From: the human T2T-CHM13v2.0 reference genome, Homo sapiens
Strand: one strand, 5' to 3'
Assembly: GCF_009914755.1 (NCBI RefSeq)
Contig: NC_060930.1
DNA length: 64,000 bases
In this document: piece after piece, positions 14,115 through 28,530 of the stretch
How positions within the stretch are numbered: the first letter of the stretch is position 1
Layout: the number at the start of each line of letters is the position of its first letter
Translations under genes and position numbers: made by a program
Notes under the pieces: generated by a model
What the model was told of the DNA's origin: nothing
What the model saw: the letters and a program-made list of their open reading frames with translations, nothing else
Database searches by the model: none

Positions 14115-14540
14115 ATTCACTCATTCATTCATTCATTCACCCATTCATCAGTAAATATTATTGAGAGTGGACTGTGTGCCTGGCACTGTGCGGTGAATTT
14201 GATATAGACACATATAATACGAACACGATTCTAGCCCTATGGAGTATATACGTTATTAACTGATAAGTTCAGTCCAGCACACACTTACCAAGTTCTTGTA
14301 TGTGCTGGGCATTTAAGAGTGTAATGACGAGTAAGATGGGCATTTCTCTGTAAGCATATGGTCCAATGGGGAAGACCTAGATACAATTTTAATACAATGC
14401 TTTACTGTTGTATAACAGAGAAACATGCAGATTGCTATGGGAATGCAGGTTGAGAGGTGCTGAGCCTAAAAGGAGGATACAGGGAAGGCTTCCTGGAGAT
14501 GATGACGCTTGAGAGGAGTCTCAAAGGATGTGCAGGAGCG
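14115..14540 (-). mobile_element. L2 3' fragments
   Basis: (TCAT)n followed by taaatattattgag..ctgtgtgcctggcactgtg; cagggaaggcttcctggag. Confidence 0.65.
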
Positions 14541-14806
14541 ACAGAGGCTGCAAATGCCTGCCCAATATTCATGTTCCTCTTCTTCCTCAGTAACAGAACA
14601 CCAACTATGTGCCCAGCAAAATTCTACTTTTCCAGCCTTGCTTGCATTAGGGCTGATCAGTGAGCTGTGAGTAGAGGGTTTCCTGGGGATTCCAGGGAGC
14701 TACATTCTCAGGAGGAATGGCCATGGCTCCCTTGTGACCATGGAGGTCCCACACTGTCCGTCAGTTGCATACTTCCAGCTTTTTTTTTTCATGTGAGAAA
14801 GAGTAA

Positions 14807-15145
<339 letters not shown>

Positions 15146-15879
15146 TCTTACCCTATACTTTAAAACAAAAACAAAAAAAAAACAGCCAAACCTAATCTTC
15201 AATCTGAAATAGTGTACTACGCCAGGTGTAGACAGGAAGAGAGAAGAGGCAGTGGGTCTGGGAAAATACTCAGCCTTGAAAAGTCAACCATAATAAATGT
15301 CAAATCCTACAGAGTATCCTTTAAATGGCAAGGGGGTACTTCAGCCTGACTCCATTTTTGCCTCACTCCCCATTTATTGACATGTGCTTATTAACATGTT
15401 TAGAAACTTAAAAATGCATTCATCCTTTACTGAAATCTGCCCAATGTCGTCTGCTATTATTTCAAATACTCATATTTCAGGAAGGCTCAGATTTAAGTGA
15501 AGGTGTCACCACAGTCTAAGTTACCATCTCCTGTCCTTGCATCCATGGCCGGGGAATTACTCTGCTATTTACCACTAATGCAGCTGCCGGGAGGATCCAG
15601 CCTCAGAGGACTTGGGTATGTTCTTCTCAAGGACAGGAAAGTCATGCACAGTGTATGTTCATTCATTTGTGAAGTTGTCCTTGTGGCCACAGTTGAAGGC
15701 CCTCATGCTCACTGTCAGCCTATACACCTGTCAGTCCTTCCCATAAGACATACTCAACACCAACCTGGTTAACTGATAATGCTGACTACAACCAAGGCAA
15801 CTTCCTCCTACTTTAAAACCCAGCAGTACACAAATGGGCGCTCCCTACAGGCCAAGTAAAATTCCTTCATGCATCTCCT

Positions 15880-16409
15880 AATGACTCCCCACCAAAATGC
15901 TGCCAAAGAGTCAATACTGCCACCTCCCCCATGTCTGTGTACTCATCCCTGGAACTTATGAATATGGTAGCATTCATGGTTTGGTTCTGTGTCCCCATCC
16001 AAATGTCACCTTGAATTGTAATAATCCACCATGTCAAGGATGGGACCAGGTGGAGATAAATGAATCATGGGGGTGGTATCCCCCAGGCTGTTCTTGTGAT
16101 AGTGAGTGAGTTCTCAGAAGATCTGACTTTTTTTATAAGAGGCTTCCCCCTTCACTGGGCACCCATTCTCTCTCCTGCCACCCTGTGAAGAGGTGCCTTC
16201 CGCCATGATGTAAGTTTCCTGAGGCCTCCCTAGCCATACAGAACTGTGAGTCAATTAAACCTCTTTTCTTTATAAATTACTCAGTTTCAGGTATTTCTTC
16301 ATAGCAGTGTGAGAACAGACTAATACATCGCAACGGGAGTTTGCAGAAATGAGTAGGTTAAGGGTCTTGAGGTGGGGAGATAATTCTGGACTATCCAGGT
16401 GGGTCCAGT

Positions 16410-16461
<52 letters not shown>

Positions 16462-16728
16462 GAAAGAGAGAGAGATTGAAACCTGAAGGTTACTTTGCTG
16501 GTTTTGAAGATGGAGGAAGGGACCTCAAGCCAAGGAATCCAGGCAGCCTCAAGAAGCCAGAAAAGGGAGAAAAGAGGATTCTCCCCCACAGCCTCCAGAA
16601 GGAATGCAGCCCTGCGACACCTTAACTTTAGGACTTCCGACCTACAGAGCTGTAAGAAAATAAATCTGTGTTGTTTTCAGCCATGACATTTGTGATAATT
16701 TTTTACAGCAACCACTGGAAACTAATAC
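15880..16728 (+). mobile_element. MLT1 (MLT1D-like) LTR split by a THE1 LTR; contains (GA)n
   Basis: catccctggaacttatgaatatg | THE1 | ttaagggtcttgaggtggggagataatt..gaaactaataca. Confidence 0.8.
15972..16327 (+). mobile_element. THE1 (THE1D-like) solo LTR
   Basis: atggtttggttctgtgtccccatccaaat..gtgagtcaattaaacctcttttc..gactaataca. Confidence 0.85.
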
Positions 16729-17429
16729 ACATATTACTGAACTGTGAGAGGTAGAGGACCACTAGCCTGCATTTTCTCATAGAAGCTATAGCATAGCATT
16801 AATAATAGTGGTAATAATAATTGTTCCGCTTAAAAATTAGCTAATGCTTGCAAAGTGCTTACTATGAACCGGGCATTGCTAGGCTGAACATCCAACATAC
16901 ATAGTTTCCTTCAATTCACCAAGGTAGGCACTCTTAAAAAACACCCATTTAATAGAAGAGGAAAGTGAGCCACAGAGAAGTTAATTTGCTCAAAATTGCA
17001 TAGCTAGGAAGTGAACTCTGGCTAGGGTCTAAACCTAGACAGTCTGAGCCTTGTAACCTACACTAAAATAATGGTGTACAGTCTATGCCACATAATTTTT
17101 GTGTTTGATTATATGCTTTAGTTATATTACTACCTTTGCTGTCATAGGCCCATTAGGGTATTATTTAATGTAGTCACTCATCTAAATCTTCATTCCCCTC
17201 TTCAACGGCTCTACCCAGTGCTCATCACCCTTCTGCTGGAGCTGGGAGTGGTGGAAGACCTGAGGTTTTCCTCTAGGTAGAAGGAACTCCCATTATGAAC
17301 ACTCAAGAGTAATTCTCAACGGATCAGAACTTCCTGAGAGCAGGACACTCTGGATTACCTGAGAAGCACTCCCAGTCTAACCCTTTGACCCACTCAAGAG
17401 ATGTCCTATGTCTTAGAGGGTTCTGCCCT

Positions 17430-18023
17430 GGCCCTCCTCTGGCCACACCCCTCTTCCTGGAGCAAAGAGTCTGTGGAGCTAAAAAGCTGCACCCACAACA
17501 GCACATGCTTGCCCTTCAGACTATGCCCCAGGCACCTGAGCCCCAGAATTCCCTGCCCAAATGGCCTGGGCTTGATTCAGGGCTTGTGTAGGCAGCTTCC
17601 TCCCATCTGTCCTTCTGAGAGTGGACTGTTCCAGTGATGTGCCTACCCTGAGCCCGAAGGCTGCCTGAAGGGCTGCCACATGTAGGGGATGTGGATGAAT
17701 CTGAGATTTGTGGGCTGGGTGTCTGCCTATGTGTGTGCAGAGAACCTTCTAGGCAGGGCAGAGCTAGACAAGAGAAGGGGTCTGGGCTGACTCTCCCAGT
17801 TCCACTAAGTTCTGGTAAAGAATTCTGAGGGGTCAGAGAATTCTAAGTTAGAATCTGGCCTCTAAGGTCCTTATGAAGGTGTACTCCTTAAGGTAAGAGG
17901 ATAGCATGTATTTTATTTAACAGCTTGCTAGTGTGATTTAGAATTTTTAAACATTGAGATGAGGGCCATGTGAACCCACACTTGTCTTCTTATCCCAGGT
18001 CCTGCAAATGTTAGGACTGGACT
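17430..18023 (+). mobile_element. hAT-Tip100 DNA transposon relic (MER115-like)
   Basis: 3' end aaggtaagaggatagcatgtattttatttaacagc..cccaggtcctgcaaatgttagg; 5' boundary uncertain. Confidence 0.5.
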
Positions 18024-18399
18024 AACCACTCCCTCTCAATAGAGGGAGAGACAGAGAAAGGCCAGGTAATGAATAGAGTGAAAAATGTACATTAGAAAAA
18101 TGCTCTTTCAAAAAGCCTAGAAAGAAATATAGCCAAACATTAGCAGAGTCTGCAATGTCTGAGTTTTGGGGTTATGGGGATGTTGTTTTATTTCACTTAC
18201 AGATATACACCTACGTAAGCAGCTTTATAATAAGAAAATATTTGTTTATGAATTCAAACTTATGAATATTCAATAAGTTCCCAGTATAATGTCAGCATTA
18301 GACTAGGATGAAAAACCAAACTAAACCAAACCAAATCAAAACAACAAATCTTCAAGACATGAAAAAGAAAGAAATGGAGAAATATGGATTGGGTAATGA

Positions 18400-19170
18400 A
18401 GAATGTATCCTCTTAGGCACTTTCATTAACAACTTGAAAATAGACCTTGACAGAATGATGACCTAATTTCTATATGCTCTTGAATTGGATGGTCTATCGG
18501 AAACAGAATCAGGATTCAAAAACATCCCCCCACCGTCTGACATCACTGGGTAATCTAACAAGATTACAGAACCGACTTTTAGAGAAGAGTTTAAATCCCA
18601 GTACTAGAATATATGTAACAGCTATATTGGCTGTGGGAGTTATAGCTTAACAGAACATGTGTCATAAAGATAATTAACATACAATAAATGCATCTATGAA
18701 AGATTAAATTAATCTAAGGTAACACTAATAGAAAAATACAGCATAAACTGAAGGTGTGGATAGTTTTCTTTTGCTATGTGGTGGCAAGACCTCACCTGGA
18801 ATCTGTTTAATTTCAATACCAACTTTGGGAGACATTAAAAAAAAATACTGAAGCCTATGAAGAAGAAGTTCTCTCTCATTTGAAAAATTTTTGAAAAACC
18901 TAATCTAGTATTTTGACCATGTTAAGAAGGAAGGACACATGCATGTTTGGACCAGGGTGTTTTGTAGAGTTGGTAATCTTCTTCATGGCCTGCTTTAATG
19001 ACTGAAGGATAAGCCCTTCACAGAAGGACTAAGGCTTCCAAGTACCCCAGGACAACAGAGGGAGGTTGATTTTAGCTAGATATAAAGAAAAACGTTGTAA
19101 AAATCAGAACTGTTTGAAAATAGAATGGATGCCTTTAGAAGAGAGCAAGTCTTACTTGCAGAACGTGTTG
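18400..19170 (+). mobile_element. L3/CR1 LINE fragments
   Basis: cagaatcaggattcaaaa; agacctcacctggaatctg; ggaggttgattttagctagatataaagaaaaac. Confidence 0.55.
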
Positions 19171-19228
19171 GGAGTTTAAGGAAACCCAATCCATGACACC
19201 TACTATCCCTGTCTCAGCTTGAAAAGAA

Positions 19229-20735
19229 AAATGGGTCAACTAATTTTTGACAAAGGCACCAAGAAGACACAATGGTATCTGGATAGGATAATATCTTCAA
19301 TAAATGGTATTGGGAAAACTGGATATCCACATGTAAAATAATGAATTGAACCCTTAGCTTGTATCATACACAAAAATCAACTCAACATAGATGAAAGAAC
19401 TTAACATAGGACCTGAAATCATAACATTCCTAGTAGAAAACACAGGGAAACCCCATCGCCTTGGCAATAACTTTTTGGATACCACACCAAAGCTCAGGCA
19501 ACAAAAGTGAAAATAAACAACTGGACTACACCAAACTAAAAAGCTTCTGCACAGCAAAGGAAGCAACGAACAGAATCAAAAGGCAGCTTACAGATTGGAA
19601 GAAAATATTTGAAAACCATGTATTTGATAAGTGGTTAATATCCAAAATGTAAAATAAATGCCTACAACTCAATAGCAAAAAACCCCAAATAACCTGATTA
19701 AAAAACGGACAAAGAGCCTGAATAGACATTTCTCCAAAAAAGATATAAAAATGGCCAACAGGCATACGAAAAGGTAATCAACATCTCTGACCATCAGGGA
19801 CAGGCAAATGAAAACCATGAGATAGCAACTTATACCTGTTAGGATGGCCATTATCAAAAAGACATAACAAGCGGTAGCACGGGTTGGAGAAAAGGGAACC
19901 CTGACATGCTGTTGGTGGGAATGTAAATTGTTGCAGCCTTTATGGAAAACAGTACGAAGGTTCCTTAAAAAATAAAAAAATAGAACTATAGCACCATATG
20001 ATCCAGCAATCTCTCTGCTGAGTATATACTCAAAAGAAGTAAAATTAGCACCTCACAGAGCTGCCTTCTTATGTTCACTGTGGCATTATTTACAATAGCA
20101 AGATATGCAAACAACCTAAGTAAGCATCAAAGGATGAATGGATAAAGAAATTGTGGAATATATTATATACATATATATTAGGGAGAGGGGAGCATTATAT
20201 ATATAGATACCTATATATCCATAAATTTATTTATATACATATATATATATAAAATGGAATATTATCAAGCCTTAAAAAGGAGATTCTACTATTTTTGGCA
20301 ACATGTATTAACCTGGAGGACATTATGCTAAGTGAACTGAGCCAGACACAGGAAAAAGTACTGCATGATCTTACTTACATGTGGAATCTTAAAAAAAAAA
20401 TGTCAAATATATAGAGACAGAATAAAATGGTGGTTACCGGAAGTGGTGGGGGGAATTGTGGCAGAAAATGGGGAGATATGGGTCAAAGCATACAAAGTTA
20501 CAGGTAGGACAAATATTCTAGAAATGTACTAGAGGACTATAATTATAATATTGTATAATGAAAATTTGCAAAAAAGTAGATTTTAGGTGCTATTACTGTA
20601 TACGTATGAAAAAAGTAACCATGAAGATGATAAGTATGTTAATTTGCTTGAGTATAGTAACCACTTCACTATGTATAAATATATCAAAATATGTTGTACA
20701 CCTTAACTATATATAATAGAAAAATAAGTAAATAA
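19229..20735 (+). mobile_element. L1MA-type LINE-1, 3' 1.5 kb (ORF2 end and 3' UTR), degenerate
   Basis: ggtcaactaatttttgacaaagg..aaaagcttctgcacagcaaagg..gtaaccacttcactatgtat..A-rich tail. Confidence 0.9.
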
Positions 20736-21426
20736 GAAAGGAGAGCAGGTGGAGTGGCATTTTTATATACAAGATCGCTAGGATGGAGGGCATGACTTGT
20801 GTATGTAGACTAGCGGGTTTTCTAATATCAAATTTTATGCTTGTGGAAATCTATCCACCCAAGCTTAGGCAGAGCCAGACTTCCTCGAAAAACAGAGCAG
20901 AATATAAGTTCTCTGCAGAGCATCTGCTACCAAGAAAAAAATGGGCGTGGAGCATGATCAGTTTACTCTTTCCAAACTTACCAGTAAGTCACTCCACCTC
21001 TCCTGTGGTGGCATGGATTTGTATTATGGCGCCACTGTTTACTAGTACCATGTACAAGTAAATGGTGCAGTCATGTGAGGAATGAATTGGCTACTCCACG
21101 GAAGTGCCCAGCACAGGGCCTGGTGTGTAATGGCTCTTCATAACTCTTACCTTGTTGGCTACCCCATAGTTATTCTCCTTCATCTTGTCTTTCCTGCTCC
21201 AACCATAGACCAAGCCTCTTGTTTCCTATAAGATTGAGACTGGTAACAGGAGTCCGTGGAGCTTGTGAACTTGGATGGGAATTAATTATATATTTAATAT
21301 CACTAATCCCTACCTGAAGTTTGGTGTTTCCTTCAGTTATAAACATAGGTATGAATATCAGTAGTGTTAGTGGTATCTGTGACTTAGTCATAGATGAGAA
21401 TCACAGATATCTTCGTATGATTTTAG

Positions 21427-21774
<348 letters not shown>

Positions 21775-21783
21775 CACTATTAC

Positions 21784-22061
<278 letters not shown>

Positions 22062-22376
22062 CACTATTACCTATACTTATAGTAGATTGCATGTGATCGC
22101 TGCTGTCCTATCAACTGGTGTGATGGAGCTGCCAACTTGGGGGAATGCAGTCACCTCTTCCCACACTGGTGACCCAGACATTCACGTTGCTTTCCAGTAT
22201 TCCCATTTGCGATTTGTTTTTGGTCATCACGAGGAAGGAGGGTACTCATTCTCATGCATGGTTTATTGTTCCCAGGTAAACTCAGCAAAAATGTTCTTTG
22301 CACTGGTATTTCTTTAAACAATAAAGTTTTACTTTAACTTGCTATATTTTAAATGCACGGTATTGACTTGTTATTT

Positions 22377-22647
22377 TTATTTACATATATTTTTGAGACG
22401 AGGTCTCGCTCTGTGGCCCAGGCTGGAGTGCCGCGGTGCAATACAACTTGCCGCAGTCTTGACCTCCTGGGCTCAAGTGATCCTCCCACCTCAGCCTTTT
22501 GGGTAGCTGAGGCATTTTTGTATTTTTTGTAGAGACAGGGTTTTGCCATGTTGCCGAGGCTGGTCTTGAACTCCTGAGCTCAAGGAATCTGCTCGCCTCG
22601 GTCTCCCAAAGTGCTGGGATTACAGGCAAGGGCCACTGTTCCTGGCC
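22377..22647 (-). mobile_element. AluJ
   Basis: gctcaagtgatcctcccacc; TSD tgacttgttattt. Confidence 0.92.
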
Positions 22648-22777
22648 TGACTTGTTATTTAATTCATTCATAAAGAAACACATATTAAAAACCATGAATT
22701 TCTTTTTATTACTCTGATAACTGCATTTTCCTTTCAATCTTATATATTTTATATATTTAAAAATATTATTCAAGATA

Positions 22778-23137
<360 letters not shown>

Positions 23138-24108
23138 CTAAAACTCTTTCCCAGGAGTGTGAGAATGTATATCAGGAAAATAATTACATCCTAAAAAAAG
23201 CTGCTGCTTCTGATGTGTGGGGAAATCAACATTTAGGGAATTCAACTGTTTTTAGTAACTTCCCCCCGAAGCTTTTGTTTGTGGGATTACTATTTACAAC
23301 TGTAATTGGGATACATTTTCAAAGAAAACTTGGCTCAAATTTAGAACTCAGACACTTAAGACACTTTTCCTTGAGAAAATCTAAATATTTATGCGTCTCC
23401 AACTCACTTTCAAAAACATTTTAAAGCTTAAGATGTTATTGAGAGTTCCCCACTGTTGATGATGGTGATTAAAAAGGCCATTAAAAATGGCTCCCAGGAA
23501 AAGAACAGTTGTCAGGAAGTCAGGGCAGCTGGGAGGCAGAAGACCCACCGATTTGTTTCTTTGACACTGGCGGTTTAGTCACACAGTGATCGATTTCTGA
23601 GAACACTGGAGATGTGCTGGAATTAGTGTGGAATTTCTACACTCTTTGGCTCTGACTGGGACATTCCGTCATTACAACGAAATGAGACTGTGCTTTGCTG
23701 TCTCGCATCCTCTGTGAAGACGTTATCCAGCATGAAAAGGAAGGCAATGGAAACCGAGAGCCAGCATACAGGAGCTGCTAACAGAAAAACTGGTGGGCGA
23801 GCTGAGGTGAAATGGCTTGGACACAAACCAGTGCATGCAGTTCTAATGAGGCAGTAAGGCAGGCACGGAAGTGCGCATGATGTCAGCTAATTAACTTGGA
23901 TGATGTTGGAGAGTGAGGTATCCTGAGGAAAAGCCAACAGCACTTAACTCACCAGTGTGGTTAATTATCAGAGAATGCTGTTCCTGTGTAGTTTCCTACC
24001 CAGCATTTTGAAAAGATATTTGGCTTTAAAAGTATTAAAAACATGAAGTGACTCTTCTTGCAGGCGATCAGCAGCTTGTATTGGTGATGGAAAAAAATAA
24101 TGGGACTT

Positions 24109-24404
24109 GGCCAGGCGCGGTGGCTCACGCCTGTAATCCCAGCACTTTGGGAGGCCCAGGCGGGCGGATCACCTGAGGTCGGGAGTTTGAGACCAGCCTG
24201 ACCAACACGGAGAAACCCCGTCTCTACTAAAAATACAAAATTAGCCAGGCGTGGTGGCGCATGCCTGTAATCCCAGCTACTCGGAGGCTGAGGCAGGAGA
24301 ATCGCTTGAACTCAGGAGGCAGAGGTTGTGGTGAGCCGAGATCACACCATTGCACTCCAGCAACAAGAGTGAAACTCCATCTCAAAAAAAAAAAAAAAAA
24401 AAAA
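24109..24404 (+). mobile_element. AluSp-like
   Basis: acggagaaacc diagnostic; TSD aaata(a/c)tgg(g/t)actt. Confidence 0.95.
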
Positions 24405-25416
24405 TACTGGTACTTTTCCTTAGGATAAGGTTAATGAATCAAGGTGATGAAGATGGCCTTTCTTAATTCAGTTGCAGCATAGAAGAAAATTAACTTTGTT
24501 TGGTGGATAATCATTGGAAGTGTGAAAGGATAAGTTGTTTTCAGAATACTTTTTAGAAATAATTTTTAGTTTTCTGTATCACAAATGGGAAATTAGGAAA
24601 ATTAAATAGATACATCATGTTATTAGAATGCATAAGCATTACAAATGTAACTATCCTGATAATGGTAGCAAATATATTGAAGACGGCTCATGCAGGCCTT
24701 CCTTGCTTCCCAGTATTATCTGGAGGGGAAGATAATCAGCCTGGCAGGATGGAATAGAGAGGGACAAGATGGCGACCAGTCTCCGAAGCAGGAAAGAGCG
24801 GCATGAAAAGTGGCTTTAAATCAACAGATTTGTGTAAAGTGCAAATGAACGGTTGTACCTGAGCTGTATCACAGTGAACTAATTTAACAAGGAGCAGTTG
24901 CAATGTGTTCCATTTTAGCTATTCTGAGGACAATAAAATGACAATATACACAGGCAGATTAAGGATGTCTCTTTCAAGATTTGGGGCCTGGTTGATTTAC
25001 TCATAAATCAAATGACAATATGATTTATTGTTCATCTGAACAAATTTGAGAGTGAAAGGGAACATAGTAGCAGCTACTCCTGAACAACGGGCATAAAGCA
25101 GCTTGCCTCGGGCAAACTGAGTAGTGTGGCTCCCACCACTTCTCATGCTATAGTTCCACAATTATGTGTCTCTTTTTCACATGTATTATGCCTCTCTTTA
25201 CAGTATGATTTCCACGGGAATGTGAGATTTACACATTGTAGATGCAGAATTATATTATTGCACTTATTAATAAAATAACACAAGTAGATAGGACATACAG
25301 TAAAATAATTACTGTTTACCATCAGTATAGTTACACATGTGATAATTGATCTACAAAATACTTTCCAAAGGATTATTTCATTTAACTCTCAAAATAGCTG
25401 TTATGTGGCTTCTTCA

Positions 25417-25738
<322 letters not shown>

Positions 25739-26729
25739 TGATGTATCAAATAAACAAGTAAATAAGTTTTATGTGGATATACTAATGCAATGATGCAGCT
25801 ATAGTCATCATATAAATATGTAATTCATTAAACAAATAATGATATTTCATAAAATGAAATACTATAGAACAATGAAAACAATTTATACATAGAGTGTAAC
25901 AATTTGGATGAAAGAAAAAAGATATATTTGCTTATAGATGTGCAGAAAATTTCTGGAATAACAACGCTAAGTGGCTGCCTCTAGAACCTGTAACTGAGGC
26001 CTGAGGACAGGGAACTAAATCGTTCTGTATGCCGTATGATTGCTGTGTGGTAGGTGATTACTTCGCACAATGATGACATTTGAAAAATAGCATCATTATC
26101 ACTATATTTAGTACGTACATGCCCATAATAGAGCAGTTCATAAAACACTATCTACGCATTCACATGTATAATAATACTAATAGTTTAAAAAGTTTCAAGT
26201 GTGGGTATGTATCCTAAAATGCCTAGAAAGATAAGTAATAATAAGTAGTGAGATTCCTGATCTTACTGGTTTTTGCTTTTTATGTTAACTTTCTACTTTT
26301 TCATTTTGCTTGAATGTGTTATAATAATACATTTATATTGTATAATCAGAACGCAAGCAGCAATGCCATTTCCATCTTGAGGAAGTGTAATGAGGGAACC
26401 AGCAATGCTGGTTTCAGTGTCTCAGTTTGGCTGGAAAGGATTTAATCCTGACGCTGCAACATTAACTTTCTGAGCATATGCTCTGTCCCCGGGGAAGACG
26501 ACAGTCAAGGGAATCTTGAACTTCTTGGAAAATAAGAAAATTAAGGGCTTCTTTTAAAAGGTAAGTGATTTTACTTTTGAGCAATTTGGCTTGGCTTTGT
26601 TTTAGGAGAAAACTGGAATCTTACAATGTAGCCCTCTGAAGGGTGGCTTGCACAAAGCCGGGGTCACTGGGGCACCCCCTCCCTGTATTGTGACAGTGTG
26701 GGGCTGGTCTCCAACTTCCCTAGCCTCTG

Positions 26730-27060
26730 CTTTCCAGGTGCAAGGTGGAAATGCACTTCCCATCTCCTTTGAAGTTAGACCAGGCCACACGATTTGCTCT
26801 AGACAAAGAGTTGTGAGCACCAGTGACAAGTGTCATCCAGGTGAGAGCTTTAAGGGCCAGCACACAATTCCTTGCTCCCTTCCCTCTGGTGCGGGATCAT
26901 GGAAGCCCAGGTGAAGGTGAGCCTCTGTCAGCCTCGGCCTTGATGAGGAGGGCAGCCTTCAGCCGTGTGCAGGCCATAGCATGAGCGAGAAATGAACTTT
27001 TGTTGGGTGAAGCCACTGAGATTTTGGAGTATTTATTATCACTGCAGCGTTTCCTATCTG
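26730..27060 (+). mobile_element. Old MLT1 LTR fragment
   Basis: cacttcccatctcctttgaagttag..tagcatgagcgagaaatgaacttttgttgggtgaagccactgagattttggag. Confidence 0.6.
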
Positions 27061-27064
27061 ATCA

Positions 27065-27262
27065 TGACTATATAATTTGTGAAGCCCAGTGCAAAACAAA
27101 GACACAGAGCCCCTTCTTCAAAAATGATTTAGCATTTCAAGATATTAGCAGTAGAGCCTCAAACTCTGGGGGGCCCTGTGAGTATGGGGCCCTGTGAGTA
27201 TGGGGCCCTGTGAGTATGGGGCCCTGTGTGACTGTACAGGTCGCACACTCCAAGCTGGCCCT
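27065..27262. mobile_element. MER91-like hAT MITE containing a 16-bp tandem repeat (ggggccctgtgagtat x~3.7, 27170-27228)
   Basis: ataatttgtgaagcccagtgcaaaa..ggggccctgtgtgactgtacaggtcgcacac..aagctggccct. Confidence 0.6.
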
Positions 27263-28198
27263 ATTTTCCTATTCCACCATCACAACAATCCTGGAAAAGA
27301 ATCTTAATTCTCTTATTTCACATATGAGAAAATTGAGAGCTTAAACAGCTTGCTTAAAATAGCAGACTCACAAAATGCCAGAAGCGAGAGTTTGATTCCA
27401 TTGGTATTAATAACACTGCGATGATGGGTCTTTTGTGCATTCCTGGTTCTGGGCTTTGGGGCACAAGGAGCCAAGTACACTATTACAGGAAGCAGACAAG
27501 ACTCAGGAAATATCGTCTCCTTTGTAGGAAATCACCTAACTGGAACCTTCAATGGAAGGTAAGAAAGAGTTAACGTCTAACCCATTACATGCTAAGTGAA
27601 TGTTTTCTCTTGCCAGAAAGTATAATTAGTAATTTCAGGCCTTATCTGAAATACCTGCCTCAGCACATGCTGAAAGTATCAATAAAGAAAAGCAGGCACC
27701 GCTTTTAATTTCATTGCTATAACTAATTAGCATTAGAGAAACCATTTTCATAAGCAGTGTGCTAACAACCCATTGGTAACTGGAAAGGAAAGCTGATGGT
27801 GCAGCTTTCTCCATGGTAACCGGGCAAGGAGAAAAGCGCTTCACAGCCACGAAGAGGGGGTTCCTGAGGGAAGCACGAGACGCGGGCTCCAGGCAGCAGC
27901 ACGTGGAAGTGGGCAGGCACTGCCCCTGACTTCAGATGCCACAAAGAACATTGGCATATTCCAGTCAAGGGCAGTGTTTTGAACTGAAAATATTACACGC
28001 CACCATAGAACTGTTTTCTACATATTCCTTAAAAGCTATTCAAACCGTATCAAGATTTTTTTAGAAAGGGCTCTACCAATTAAAATCACATTGGTTTTTC
28101 CTAAAGAATTCCTATCAACTCTCCCACCCAACATATCCTACCTCTGTACCCAGTACAGGGGGCAGAAGGCATCAGGAAAAGTAATAAAAAGAACCTTT

Positions 28199-28530
<332 letters not shown>

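Noticed and set aside
18257-18279. Near-palindrome aacttatgaatattcaataagtt
   Set aside because: Short and AT-rich; too small for a pre-miRNA or MITE.
26558-26566. Perfect donor site AAG|GTAAGT
   Set aside because: A single 9-mer is expected by chance in 64 kb, and there is no convincing acceptor or ORF.
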